A stretch of DNA of 54,231 nucleotides from a bacterium BMS3Bbin09 (GTDB lineage Bacteria > Nitrospirota > Thermodesulfovibrionia > UBA6902). The DNA is taken from NCBI GenBank assembly GCA_002897915.1, contig BDTS01000023.1:1-54231 (forward strand), read 5' to 3'. Under the pieces are notes generated by a model, which saw only the letters and a program-made list of their open reading frames with translations, was not told the DNA's origin and ran no database searches. Of this stretch, positions 29,588 to 38,457 are shown piece by piece; the stretch's first letter is position 1; every line of letters starts with the position of its first letter. The translations under genes were made by a program, and so were the position numbers.

Positions 29588-31912
29588 TTATTCCAGCTTT
29601 CCGGCTATTTCTTCCTTGATGTAGTTCTCGATTATGTCACCCTGCTTCAGGTCATTGAAATTTTCTATCATGATACCGCATTCAAAACCTGTCAGGACTT
29701 CCTTGGCATCGTCCTTGAACCGCTTCAGAGATGATATCTTGCTTTCATATATTACGACACTGTCCCTTATGACCCTTGCACCGAAGCTGGATCTTGAGAT
29801 CTTGCCTTCGATAACGTGGCAGCCCGCGATCGTTCCGACCCTGGATACGTTGAATAAGTCCCTTACCTCTGCTTTGCCGATGATCTTTTCTGTGATGGTG
29901 GGTTCGAGTAGACCTTCAAGGGCCTTCTTAATGTCTTCGATGGCTTCGTATATAATATTGTAGAGCCTTACATCCACGACCTCTTTTTCTATAAGCGGGG
30001 CCGCATTCGCGTCAGGGCGGACGCTGAAACCAATTATAATTGCGTTGGATGCGGCGGCGAGCATTACGTCTGACTCATTGATACCGCCTGCTGCCGTATG
30101 GATCACATTCACCTTGACCTCAGGGTGTTTGATCTTTAAGAGAGCGTCCTTGACTGCCTCGACAGATCCCTGGACATCCGCCTTGATGATGATATTGAGG
30201 TCCTTTATCTCGCCTTCCTTTACCCTTTCGAAAAGGTCGTCAAGGGTCAGTTTCTTTCTCTGGGCCATTGCCGCGTTCTTCTGTTTGTGCAGCCTGTTAA
30301 CGGCTATCTGTCTGGCTTTTTTCTCATCTGCCATGACTGTGAAGATATCACCTGCCTGAGGGACTTCCGGAAAGCCTATGACCTCGACCGGGGTCGAAGG
30401 TCCGGCATCTTTTATCTTTTTGCCCTGGTCGTCGACGAGCGCCCTTACCCTGCCGGCTATTGTACCTACAAGGAACGAGTCTCCGGCTTTCAGTGTGCCT
30501 GAGTTAACAAGCACGGTCCCGACCGGTCCCCTGCCTTTGTCGAGCTTGGCCTCTACGATCGTTCCCTTTGCGGGCCTGTCGTAGTCTGCTTTCAGTTCCA
30601 TCATATCAGCCTGGAGCAGGATCATCTCAAGCAGTTGTTCGATACCGATTTTTTCCTTGGCAGAGACTTCTACGAATATGTTGTTGCCGCCCCAGTCTTC
30701 GGGTATGACTTCATACTGTGCAAGTTCGTTTTGTACCTTTTGGGCGTCGGCGTCTTCCTTGTCTATTTTGTTCACCGCGACAACAATCGGAACGTTCGCG
30801 GCCTTTGCGTGGTCGATTGCTTCGATTGTCTGTGGCATAACGCTGTCGTCAGCCGCCACAACGAGTACTACTATATCTGTCACCTTTGCGCCCCTGGCCC
30901 TCATCATTGTAAATGCAGCGTGGCCCGGGGTATCGAGAAAGGTGATCTCTCTGTCCTTGAGTTTTACTTTATATGCGCCGATGTGCTGGGTTATTCCCCC
31001 GGCCTCGCTATCGGTCACTCTCGTCTTTCTTATTGCGTCGAGCAGGGTTGTCTTGCCGTGGTCAACATGGCCCATGATAGTGACGATCGGGGAACGGGGC
31101 TTGAGTTTTGATTCGTCGACTTCCTGTTCCTCAAGGATCGCTTCATCATCCTCCACTGCAGTTGGTTCGAGTTTCAGGCCGTATAACTCCGCGACGATCT
31201 GAGCGGAGTCACTGTCCAGGGGCTGATTGATCGTGGTCATATAGCCGAGTTCCATGAATTTTTTGATCACGTCATTCAGTTTTTGCCCGATAAGTTCGGA
31301 AAATTCCTTAACTGTTGTGCCTTCCATGAACTTCAGGACACGCTTTCTTGGTGCTGTATTTGAGGAAGCTGCTGTATCTTCTGTAGTATTAACCGGGTGT
31401 TTTCTATCCTGTTTTTTATTGCGTCCCCTGAAATCATGGCCCTTTTTTGATGTATCGACTCGCCTGATGGAGTCAAAGGCTCTCTGCATTCCGGGTTTGC
31501 TCTTGAATTTTGCTATTTTCTCGGAATCAGCTTCTTTTACGGGTTGTTCTGCTGGAATAGATTTCTCTTTTGCCTTGGGTGTTGGTTCGGATTTTATTGT
31601 GGTTTTTACGGGTTTTTTCTTGACCGGTTTTTCTTTTTCTGCAGGGGCTTTTTTGGGTGCTGCTTTTTTCTTTACCTCTTTTTTGGGCTTGGCGGTTGCC
31701 GGTTTTTTCTTTGTTTTTGGAGTTTCTTTAGTTGGGGTGGTTTTTTTGGCAGCTACCTTTACATTTTTCCCGAATATATATTCAAGCTTTTTTAGCCCCT
31801 CATCATCCACCTTGGACATGTGGGACTTTACTGTGATCCCGAGGCCCGCAAGCTTTGCAATAATCTCCTTAGTGCTTACATTGATCATCTTTGATAGTTC
31901 GTGTATTCTCAT
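29588..31912 (-). CDS. infB: Translation initiation factor IF-2
   Basis: [47 protein letters not shown]. Confidence 0.98.
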   Translation of the reverse strand: MRIHELSKMINVSTKEIIAKLAGLGITVKSHMSKVDDEGLKKLEYIFGKNVKVAAKKTTPTKETPKTKKKPATAKPKKEVKKKAAPKKAPAEKEKPVKKKPVKTTIKSEPTPKAKEKSIPAEQPVKEADSEKIAKFKSKPGMQRAFDSIRRVDTSKKGHDFRGRNKKQDRKHPVNTTEDTAASSNTAPRKRVLKFMEGTTVKEFSELIGQKLNDVIKKFMELGYMTTINQPLDSDSAQIVAELYGLKLEPTAVEDDEAILEEQEVDESKLKPRSPIVTIMGHVDHGKTTLLDAIRKTRVTDSEAGGITQHIGAYKVKLKDREITFLDTPGHAAFTMMRARGAKVTDIVVLVVAADDSVMPQTIEAIDHAKAANVPIVVAVNKIDKEDADAQKVQNELAQYEVIPEDWGGNNIFVEVSAKEKIGIEQLLEMILLQADMMELKADYDRPAKGTIVEAKLDKGRGPVGTVLVNSGTLKAGDSFLVGTIAGRVRALVDDQGKKIKDAGPSTPVEVIGFPEVPQAGDIFTVMADEKKARQIAVNRLHKQKNAAMAQRKKLTLDDLFERVKEGEIKDLNIIIKADVQGSVEAVKDALLKIKHPEVKVNVIHTAAGGINESDVMLAAASNAIIIGFSVRPDANAAPLIEKEVVDVRLYNIIYEAIEDIKKALEGLLEPTITEKIIGKAEVRDLFNVSRVGTIAGCHVIEGKISRSSFGARVIRDSVVIYESKISSLKRFKDDAKEVLTGFECGIMIENFNDLKQGDIIENYIKEEIAGKLE

Positions 31913-32138
31913 TCTTAGGTTCTATTTCCCCGCAACTTAAATTGTTATCGTTTGTAACCCGCTATTACTAGAATATAAAAGCAGAAATTAAGAGAAAAAA
32001 TTCATTCCTGGGTCAGGGTTGTAAGTTAATTTGGATTAATGTTATCATATCTTCTGTTTTTAAAGCAATCACGGGCGGTTGGATGAAGATAACAACGCCT
32101 TAGAGTATAATGAGGTTCAGTTAAGGAGGAAGTGATAG

Positions 32139-32327
32139 ATGGCAGTATGTTCAGTTTGTGGAAAAAAGCGTATGACAGGCAACAATGTCAGCCATGCTAA
32201 TAACAGATCAAAACGTGTGTTTATGCCGAATTTGCAGAAGGTCAGGGTCGCTACCGACCAGGGTTCCAAGAAGCTGCATGTTTGCACTAGATGTCTTCGT
32301 TCCGGTAAAGTAAAGAAAGCAGTCTAA
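32139..32327 (+). CDS. rpmB: 50S ribosomal protein L28 (Zn-binding type)
   Basis: [23 protein letters not shown]...VCTRCLRS. Confidence 0.97.
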   Translation: MAVCSVCGKKRMTGNNVSHANNRSKRVFMPNLQKVRVATDQGSKKLHVCTRCLRSGKVKKAV

Positions 32328-32409
32328 AACGGCAATTATCCCCATAGATTTTTTCAAAATCTGGACATGGGGACTTCGCCAATGATCAGTTGTCAGTTAA
32401 AATTGTTCA

Positions 32410-32859
32410 TTGACTATTGATATTCTTATGCAGTCTTTTCAGAGTCTCCTCAAAAAGTTCAACAAGGACTTCAAGCTTGAAGACGGGGTTGTTATTACGG
32501 CTATAAGGGACAAATGGACGGACCTTGTCGGTGAGACCATAGCGGTTCATACCTTTCCTGACATGATCAAGGGCAAAGAGCTGACCCTTATCGTAGATTC
32601 CCCTCAATGGAGGCACCACCTCGATTTTCTCAAGAAGGATATTTGCGAAAAGATCGAACGTTACGGCATTCATGAGGTGAAGTTCAGGATAGGGAAGATA
32701 CCCGAGAGCAGGGGAAAGCTCTCAAAGACGGTCGAAGCCAAACTTACTGAAGACGATCTTCGCTATATCGAGAATACAATCAAGAATGTTAAGGACGAGG
32801 AGCTTAAGGCGACCTTCAGGAAGCTCATCGCGCACGGTTTAACGAAGAGGAAGAAATAG
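32410..32859 (+). CDS. DUF721/DciA family protein
   Basis: W.DLVGE.IA.HT.P...L.LIVDSPQW..HL. Confidence 0.8.
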   Translation: MTIDILMQSFQSLLKKFNKDFKLEDGVVITAIRDKWTDLVGETIAVHTFPDMIKGKELTLIVDSPQWRHHLDFLKKDICEKIERYGIHEVKFRIGKIPESRGKLSKTVEAKLTEDDLRYIENTIKNVKDEELKATFRKLIAHGLTKRKK

Positions 32860-33048
32860 TTTCATCCGTTTGGACTTATTTGTTGGAAATAACCTTGATC
32901 TTATTGTAAATTACCTCTCCTGTCCATACTTCATTAAATTCTACCATTTTATTTATCCCGACATCCCAATAGTCAGCTTTTGATAATGACTCCTCAAGAT
33001 AGCTGCTATTATTGTATGTCTCTTGACAACCTGAGGCCTTATAAGTGT

Positions 33049-33575
33049 TCAGAGCGCTTTATAATACGAGCCTTCGCCGCAGGACCTGCAGACAAGCGTG
33101 CCGCCTATGTTCATCTCTCTCATATCCTGAACGTATTCTCCGCACTTTTCGCAGGTGATCCTCTGCAGGGGCCTGCCCGGCATGTCCTGTTTCGGGATAT
33201 CGACCTTTACTTCTTTCCATTCGAAGAGGTCATCGTCCGGCATTATTTTGTATGCCTCAAGCTGGGCCTTATATTTGTCTTCGATCTCCGGGAAATAGTT
33301 CTTGGCCTTGTCCCTGGCCGCTTCTATTGCCAGTATTCGAACAGCCTTATCGGTCTCAAGGTTCACATAGGTAGCGGCCATCTTCCCGAGGTCAACGAAC
33401 TTCAGCGACCTCTTCCCCAGACTGCAGCCTGTGACCGATTGGATCGCGTCAGTGGCACACCGGTCTATTTCTACATAAACAATGAGTTTTTTCCTGTCCG
33501 CGCCTTTCGGATCCTTTATACCTATCAGGTTGAGTCCGTGCATGCTCATCCTTACTCCCAGGACTTGCCCCGGGC
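33049..33575 (-). pseudogene. 5'-truncated second copy of the fmdE-family gene
   Basis: About 96% identical by eye to 36651-37177 but lacks the start and the HGHLC motif. Confidence 0.85.
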
Positions 33576-33970
33576 GGCAGTGGGCAGAGGTCTGTTTCGT
33601 ACCGAACAAGATCCGCAGCAGCGCCTGGCTGAGCAAAAGAGGTAATGCAGTGACATTATTTAAGGGAATATGAAAATAGCGGGACAGGTGTCCGTTGAAT
33701 CGGTAATTCCAGGTAGATTCATCGGGCAACTTTCGGAATTCTGATCCGTTCCTGGACGATTTTTGGAAAATGACGTATGAGACCCCCTGAAAAAACCTGC
33801 AACCCGGCTTCTTCATATGTTGATGGTGGATTTGGGAACATAATGTTACATTGTAAAATACTTAAGAATCCTTTAGCAAATCGACCCACTTTTAAATTTT
33901 CCAATAGAACATGGTAAAATAAAATATATAGGTAATTATTCTTAAGTTTTATCAATTTGAAAGTAGGTTC

Positions 33971-34777
33971 ATGAAAAGATTAAACCTTATGATAAGACTC
34001 ATATTAATAGCTGCTTTTATATTTTTAGCAGGTCGGGCAGATGCAGAGACTTTTGCAATGGATGCTCATATGGGCTATGGGAGCTTTGAATATGAGGAAC
34101 AGGATTCAGATACCGAAGCGGAATCAACAAGTGATATTTTTGTTTTTGGAGTGTCCGGAGAGTATTCCTTAACTAAAGATTTCTACCTTGGCTTAAACGC
34201 CGACTGGGGTTTTTCAGGGAAAGACGCAGAGGAATGGAAGATTAGCGGTGTCAAAGTTCAGACCAATGACATGAAGGTCCGGGTGCAGTATTATGACCTC
34301 AGGTTTGGCTATAAAAATAACATGGAGAGACTCTTATGGAAGATTTATATCTCAGGCGGATGGGATGGACAACATATTGAAAAAGATGCTTTTGTTGTCG
34401 GTGGTGTTCCCATATCATTTTCCATAAATGAGCAAGACCTGAGTTTATGGCGTGTAGGATTAGGGACATCTGCACAGTACAAGGCAGGGCCGTGGTCAAT
34501 TGACGGACATTTCTCTTATGCAGGATATTTTGAGGGTAAGGGAGAAAGCAGTGTTTTGCCCGGCATTGACTTTGATGCAGAAGGCAATCGCTGGGATTTT
34601 AATTGCGGAGTTTCATATGAAATTGCCAAAAATATTTCAATCAGGCTGGGAGTGCTTTATTCGTTAATTGATTTAAGTAAAAGCGATATAGTAACAGGCC
34701 CTGGCTGGGCTACTGTATTCCCTAAGATCAAGACCAGAACAACAGCCGGTACATTTGGAGTCAACTATCAGTTTTAA
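33971..34777 (+). CDS. Outer-membrane beta-barrel protein
   Basis: Signal peptide ending ADA, amphipathic strands, C-terminal GVNYQF (BAM signature). Confidence 0.75.
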   Translation: MKRLNLMIRLILIAAFIFLAGRADAETFAMDAHMGYGSFEYEEQDSDTEAESTSDIFVFGVSGEYSLTKDFYLGLNADWGFSGKDAEEWKISGVKVQTNDMKVRVQYYDLRFGYKNNMERLLWKIYISGGWDGQHIEKDAFVVGGVPISFSINEQDLSLWRVGLGTSAQYKAGPWSIDGHFSYAGYFEGKGESSVLPGIDFDAEGNRWDFNCGVSYEIAKNISIRLGVLYSLIDLSKSDIVTGPGWATVFPKIKTRTTAGTFGVNYQF

Positions 34778-34842
34778 AATACGGGATAGCGCATGTTCCC
34801 AAATTTAAAGATTCCAGGTAATTTAAAAGGAGGCTGTAAGAA

Positions 34843-35745
34843 ATGAAAACAAAAAATTTATCTTTATTTTTAATTTTAATACTTGTTTTTATTTCTCTTT
34901 TTATTTTTCTTATTAGTTGTGGAGGGAACAAAGATTCAACTACTACAGCACCTCCGCCTGGGAGCTGGGGCACAGCAGGGCTCATTGAGGGGGGTACGGG
35001 GAATGCATATGTCCCCCATGTTTCTATGGATGCAAGCGGCAATGCCATTGCAGTGTGGTATCAGGATGACGGAATCAACATCAACATTTATGCAAACCGT
35101 TATGTAGCAGGGGCAGGCTGGGGCACAGCAGGGCTCATTGAGGGGGGTGCAGGGAATGCTTTTGTCCCCCGTGTTTCTATGGATGGAAGTGGCAGTAATG
35201 CCATTGCAGTATGGTATCAGCATGACGGAACCCGCTACAACATCTGGGCAAACCGTTATGTAGCAGGGGCAGGATGGGGTACAGCAGAGCTCATTGAAAC
35301 GGATGATATAAGAGATGCCCGGAATCCTCAGATCTCTGTAGATGGAAGTGGCAATGCCGTTGCAGTATGGTTTCAGAATGACGGAACCCGCTGGAACATC
35401 TGGGCAAACCGTTATGTAGCAGGGGTTGGCTGGGGCACAGCAGGGCTCATTGAGACGGATGATACAGGGAGTGCAAATAGTCCCCAGGTCTCTGTTGCTG
35501 CTGACGGCAATGCCATTGCAGTGTGGTATCAGGATGACGGAACCCGTGACAACATCCGGGCAAACCGTTATGTGGCAGGAATTGGCTGGGGTACAGCAGA
35601 GCTCATTGAAACGGATAATACAGGAGATGCCCGGAATCCTCAGATCTCTGTAGATGGAAGTGGCAATGCCATTGCAGTGTGGTATCAGAATGATGGAACC
35701 CGCTGGAACATCTTGGCAAACCGGTTTAACAGGATTTTATTATGA
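34843..35745 (+). CDS. Lipoprotein built from about five ~51 aa tandem repeats (probable beta-propeller)
   Basis: Lipobox LISC; repeated WGTA(G/E)LIE...P(Q/H/R)(V/I)S.D..GNAIAVWYQ.DG...NI.ANRY with matching ~150 bp DNA repeats. Confidence 0.85.
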   Translation: MKTKNLSLFLILILVFISLFIFLISCGGNKDSTTTAPPPGSWGTAGLIEGGTGNAYVPHVSMDASGNAIAVWYQDDGININIYANRYVAGAGWGTAGLIEGGAGNAFVPRVSMDGSGSNAIAVWYQHDGTRYNIWANRYVAGAGWGTAELIETDDIRDARNPQISVDGSGNAVAVWFQNDGTRWNIWANRYVAGVGWGTAGLIETDDTGSANSPQVSVAADGNAIAVWYQDDGTRDNIRANRYVAGIGWGTAELIETDNTGDARNPQISVDGSGNAIAVWYQNDGTRWNILANRFNRILL

Positions 35746-35914
35746 AGATTCAGACTCAGATACTTATGGAAATGCATTAGTTCCACAAGATGCCTGCTCA
35801 CAACCTGTTGATTATGTTTCGAATTATGATGATTGTAATGATGCAAATCCAAATGTAAATCCAGATGCAACTGAGGTTTTATTTAATTGCAGAGGGGAAG
35901 GTATGTCCAAATAG
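35730..35914 (+). pseudogene. Fragment with MopE-like/putative metal-binding repeat
   Basis: YYEDSDSDTYGN...ACSQP..YV.N..DCND.NPNVNPDATEV; no start of its own, out of frame with the upstream gene. Confidence 0.65.
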
Positions 35915-36061
35915 GGTGTATTAATGAAAAATATAAATTTAATCCTTTATGTTTTTTTACGAAAATTATTTTAATCAACTACTCTTGCAATTATGGAGTA
36001 CAAATCATTTTTCAATAAAAAAGGACTGAAATAATTATTTTACTTTAAGAACAACACCCTC

Positions 36062-36181
36062 AAGTAGACTGCCGGAAGCTATAAATATGATTGGAATGTC
36101 AGCAGCCTGGCGAGTGGTGGCTATTTTTACCGATTGCAGGCCGGTAAATTTTACAAAGGGAAAAAGCTCATAACGATGAGA
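36062..36181 (+). pseudogene. Fragment resembling a T9SS (Por) C-terminal sorting domain
   Basis: K*TAGSYKYDWNVSSLASGGYFYRLQAGKFYKGKKLITMR with an in-frame TAG; resembles the LASGxYFYRLQAG..KK CTD consensus. Confidence 0.6.
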
Positions 36182-36183
36182 GC

Positions 36184-36390
36184 GGGACAGTCATCTACCG
36201 GTCAAAAATGACCTATGGGAAAAACAAAAAGAAATTTAATGCATATACGGCAGAGGAATTTATAGCAGCCATAACGCAGCACATACCGGAGAAATCGTTT
36301 CAGACCTGTCTGCCGGCAGGCAGGTGGTCAGATATTACGGTTTCTACTCGAACAAGTCACGGGGACTGCGTGAAGATAGGTTATCGTTAA
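36184..36390 (+). mobile_element. IS91-family transposase C-terminal relic, interrupted by a 20 bp palindrome
   Basis: GTVIYRSKMT...AEEFIAAITQHIPEKSFQ-[20 bp insert]-MVRYYGFYSNKSRG. Confidence 0.75.
36305..36324. repeat. 20 bp palindrome CCTGTCTGCCGGCAGGCAGG
   Basis: Removing exactly these 20 bp restores the transposase reading frame; sibling at 20281. Confidence 0.85.
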
Positions 36391-36428
36391 AGTTCTGATA
36401 AACTTTAACATGGATTATTACTTAGGCT

Positions 36429-36620
36429 TCACTTGTATTTTTCTTCGTTTTCGAAAGTCCCTTCAAAACAGCCTGCGGGGCAGCCTCTGCAGGTGGCCGC
36501 AAGTTTTTTGTCTGCTTTATTTTTGCTGGACTGGCAGCAAAATCTGATATGTTCTTTGTCCTGCCCGGTCGCCCTGTCCAGCCAGTTAAACTTTTTTCCG
36601 CATTCGGGACATTCTTTCAT
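36429..36620 (-). CDS. Small Cys-rich protein (possible Zn/Fe-S binder)
   Basis: GAGGA RBS; CPECGK, CC, CRGCPAGC; directly downstream of fmdE. Confidence 0.6.
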   Translation of the reverse strand: MKECPECGKKFNWLDRATGQDKEHIRFCCQSSKNKADKKLAATCRGCPAGCFEGTFENEEKYK

Positions 36621-36650
36621 CTTTCCTCACGCAATGTGCCACTTCTGCTG

Positions 36651-37253
36651 TCATAGCGGTTTATAATACGGTCCTTCGCCGCAGGACCTGCAGACAAGCC
36701 TGCCGCCCATGTTCATCTCTCTCATATCCTGAACATATTCTCCGCACTTTTCGCAGGTGATCCGCTGCAGGGGCCTGCCCGGCATGTCCTGTTTCGGGAT
36801 ATCGACCTTTACTTCTTTCCATTTGAAGAGGTCCTTGTCCGGCATTATCTTATAGGCCTCAAGCTGGGCCTTATATTTGTCTTCGATCTCCGGGAAATAG
36901 TTCTTGGCCTTGTCCCTGGCCGCTTCTATTGCCAGTATTCGAACAGCCTTATCGGTCTCAAGGTTCACATAGGTAGCGGCCATCTTCCCGAGGTCAACGA
37001 ACTTCAGCGACCTCTTCCCCAGACTGCAGCCTGTGACCGATTGGATCGCGTCAGTGGCACACCGGTCTATTTCTACATAAACAATGAGTTTTTTCCTGTC
37101 CGCGCCTTTCGGATCCTTTATACCTATCAGGTTGAGCCCGAGCATGCTCATCCTTACGCCGAGGACCTGCCCCGGGCAGAGGTGGCCGTGCGTCTTGACG
37201 GAGATGTCGAGGAGTTGTTGGAATTCAGGATCGATCTTCATTTCTGCTGTCAT
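36651..37253 (-). CDS. FmdE/FwdE family protein with C-terminal C4 zinc finger
   Basis: HGHLCPGQVLGVRM, VEIDRCATDAIQ..TGCSLGK, CEKCGE..CRSC; ATG at 37253 with GGAGG RBS. Confidence 0.9.
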   Translation of the reverse strand: MTAEMKIDPEFQQLLDISVKTHGHLCPGQVLGVRMSMLGLNLIGIKDPKGADRKKLIVYVEIDRCATDAIQSVTGCSLGKRSLKFVDLGKMAATYVNLETDKAVRILAIEAARDKAKNYFPEIEDKYKAQLEAYKIMPDKDLFKWKEVKVDIPKQDMPGRPLQRITCEKCGEYVQDMREMNMGGRLVCRSCGEGPYYKPL

Positions 37254-37510
37254 CTGCGCCTCCTTAATAATCCAATCTACAATCTTTACCCTGATCCTGT
37301 CAATAAAACAGGCTTCTTCTGAATATGATTTAAACATATCCTCATGATTTTATTACAGATTAATTTTATTTATTAAAGATATAATGATATGGGGATTATT
37401 ATTAAAGATTTAAAATTCAATGGTAGGGGTTTCCCTAATGGATTTTAGGATGTGTTAAATGCTTTTCAATATTAAATATAAAAGGACATTTAACCAAAAA
37501 GGAGGTAACC

Positions 37511-38383
37511 ATGAGTAAGAAGAACTCTTTATCCCGTCGTGATCTACTCAAGACGGGCAGTGCTGTAGCTGTTGCAACTGCTGCGACCGGTCTTTTGCCT
37601 GATACAGAGGCAGAGGCTGCAAAAAGGAAAAGGAAAGCGAAAAAACTCCCGCGCTGGGCAATGGTCGTTGACCTCAGGAGATGTATCGGCTGCAGGGGGT
37701 GCTGTATTGCGGACAAGGGAGAATATAATACTGCCCTTGGAAGGTTTAACACTGTTGTTAAAAACGTTGAGTTTGGTGAATACCCCGAGACAGAGAAGCA
37801 CTTCCTGCCGCGACTCTGTAATCACTGCGCCGGAGATGAGAGCAAGGAATGGCAAGTGCCGCCATGTGTAGAAATATGTCCTGAGTCAAAGAGCGGTGAA
37901 AGGCTGAAGATGGGGAAAGAAAAATACAGGACCGGGGCTACTTATAAACGTCCTGACGGCTTGATCCTGTTAGACCCGAAACTCTGTATCGGCTGCTACA
38001 AGTGTGTTGACGCATGCCCGTATGGAGTGAGATCCCCTGACCCTAATGTTAAGCTGACCAGGCCTGACAGAGAAAAGGACTTCGGGGTTGGCAAATGCAC
38101 CTTTTGCCGGCATCGTATTGATGAGGGGATCACGACTTCCTGTACGAATACCTGTCAGGGCAGGGCAAGGAACTTCGGAGATCTGAATGACAAAAGAAGT
38201 ACGGTAGCAAAACTTGCTAAAGAACATAAATTACTGGAAAACAAGGACAAGTCAACCTTGCTGCCGAATGAAAAGACAAATCCTCATGTATTTTATATTG
38301 ATCCTGACGGGATACTGGAGAAGTACAATAAGAAGCTTTCCAAAGAAACAAAATTTGCAGAGTTTAAATCAGGATTTGAATAG
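37511..38383 (+). CDS. Tat-exported 4Fe-4S subunit (TtrB/NrfC/DmsB family)
   Basis: SRRDLLK Tat motif; CIGCRGC, LCNHC, PPCVEICP, CIGCYKCVDACPY, KCTFC, CTNTC, FGDLND. Confidence 0.92.
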   Translation: MSKKNSLSRRDLLKTGSAVAVATAATGLLPDTEAEAAKRKRKAKKLPRWAMVVDLRRCIGCRGCCIADKGEYNTALGRFNTVVKNVEFGEYPETEKHFLPRLCNHCAGDESKEWQVPPCVEICPESKSGERLKMGKEKYRTGATYKRPDGLILLDPKLCIGCYKCVDACPYGVRSPDPNVKLTRPDREKDFGVGKCTFCRHRIDEGITTSCTNTCQGRARNFGDLNDKRSTVAKLAKEHKLLENKDKSTLLPNEKTNPHVFYIDPDGILEKYNKKLSKETKFAEFKSGFE

Positions 38384-38457
38384 AAAGTTAATCATTAATT
38401 AGTGAAATGTGAAATTTAAATTTAATGAATAACTAGATAAAATAAGGAGAAAATATA

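Noticed and set aside
31254-31940. 228 aa hydrophobic plus-strand ORF
   Set aside because: Antisense to the Lys/Pro-rich N-terminus of infB; the other short overlapping ORFs in the track were dismissed for the same reason
33576-33816. Novel N-terminal domain fused to the second FmdE copy (255 aa ORF)
   Set aside because: No clear RBS, junction sequence looks like unrelated scraps, and the HGHLC motif is lost; most likely a chance open frame
33049-37177. Diversity-generating retroelement TR/VR pair
   Set aside because: Substitutions are not adenine-specific, many are synonymous, and no reverse transcriptase is present
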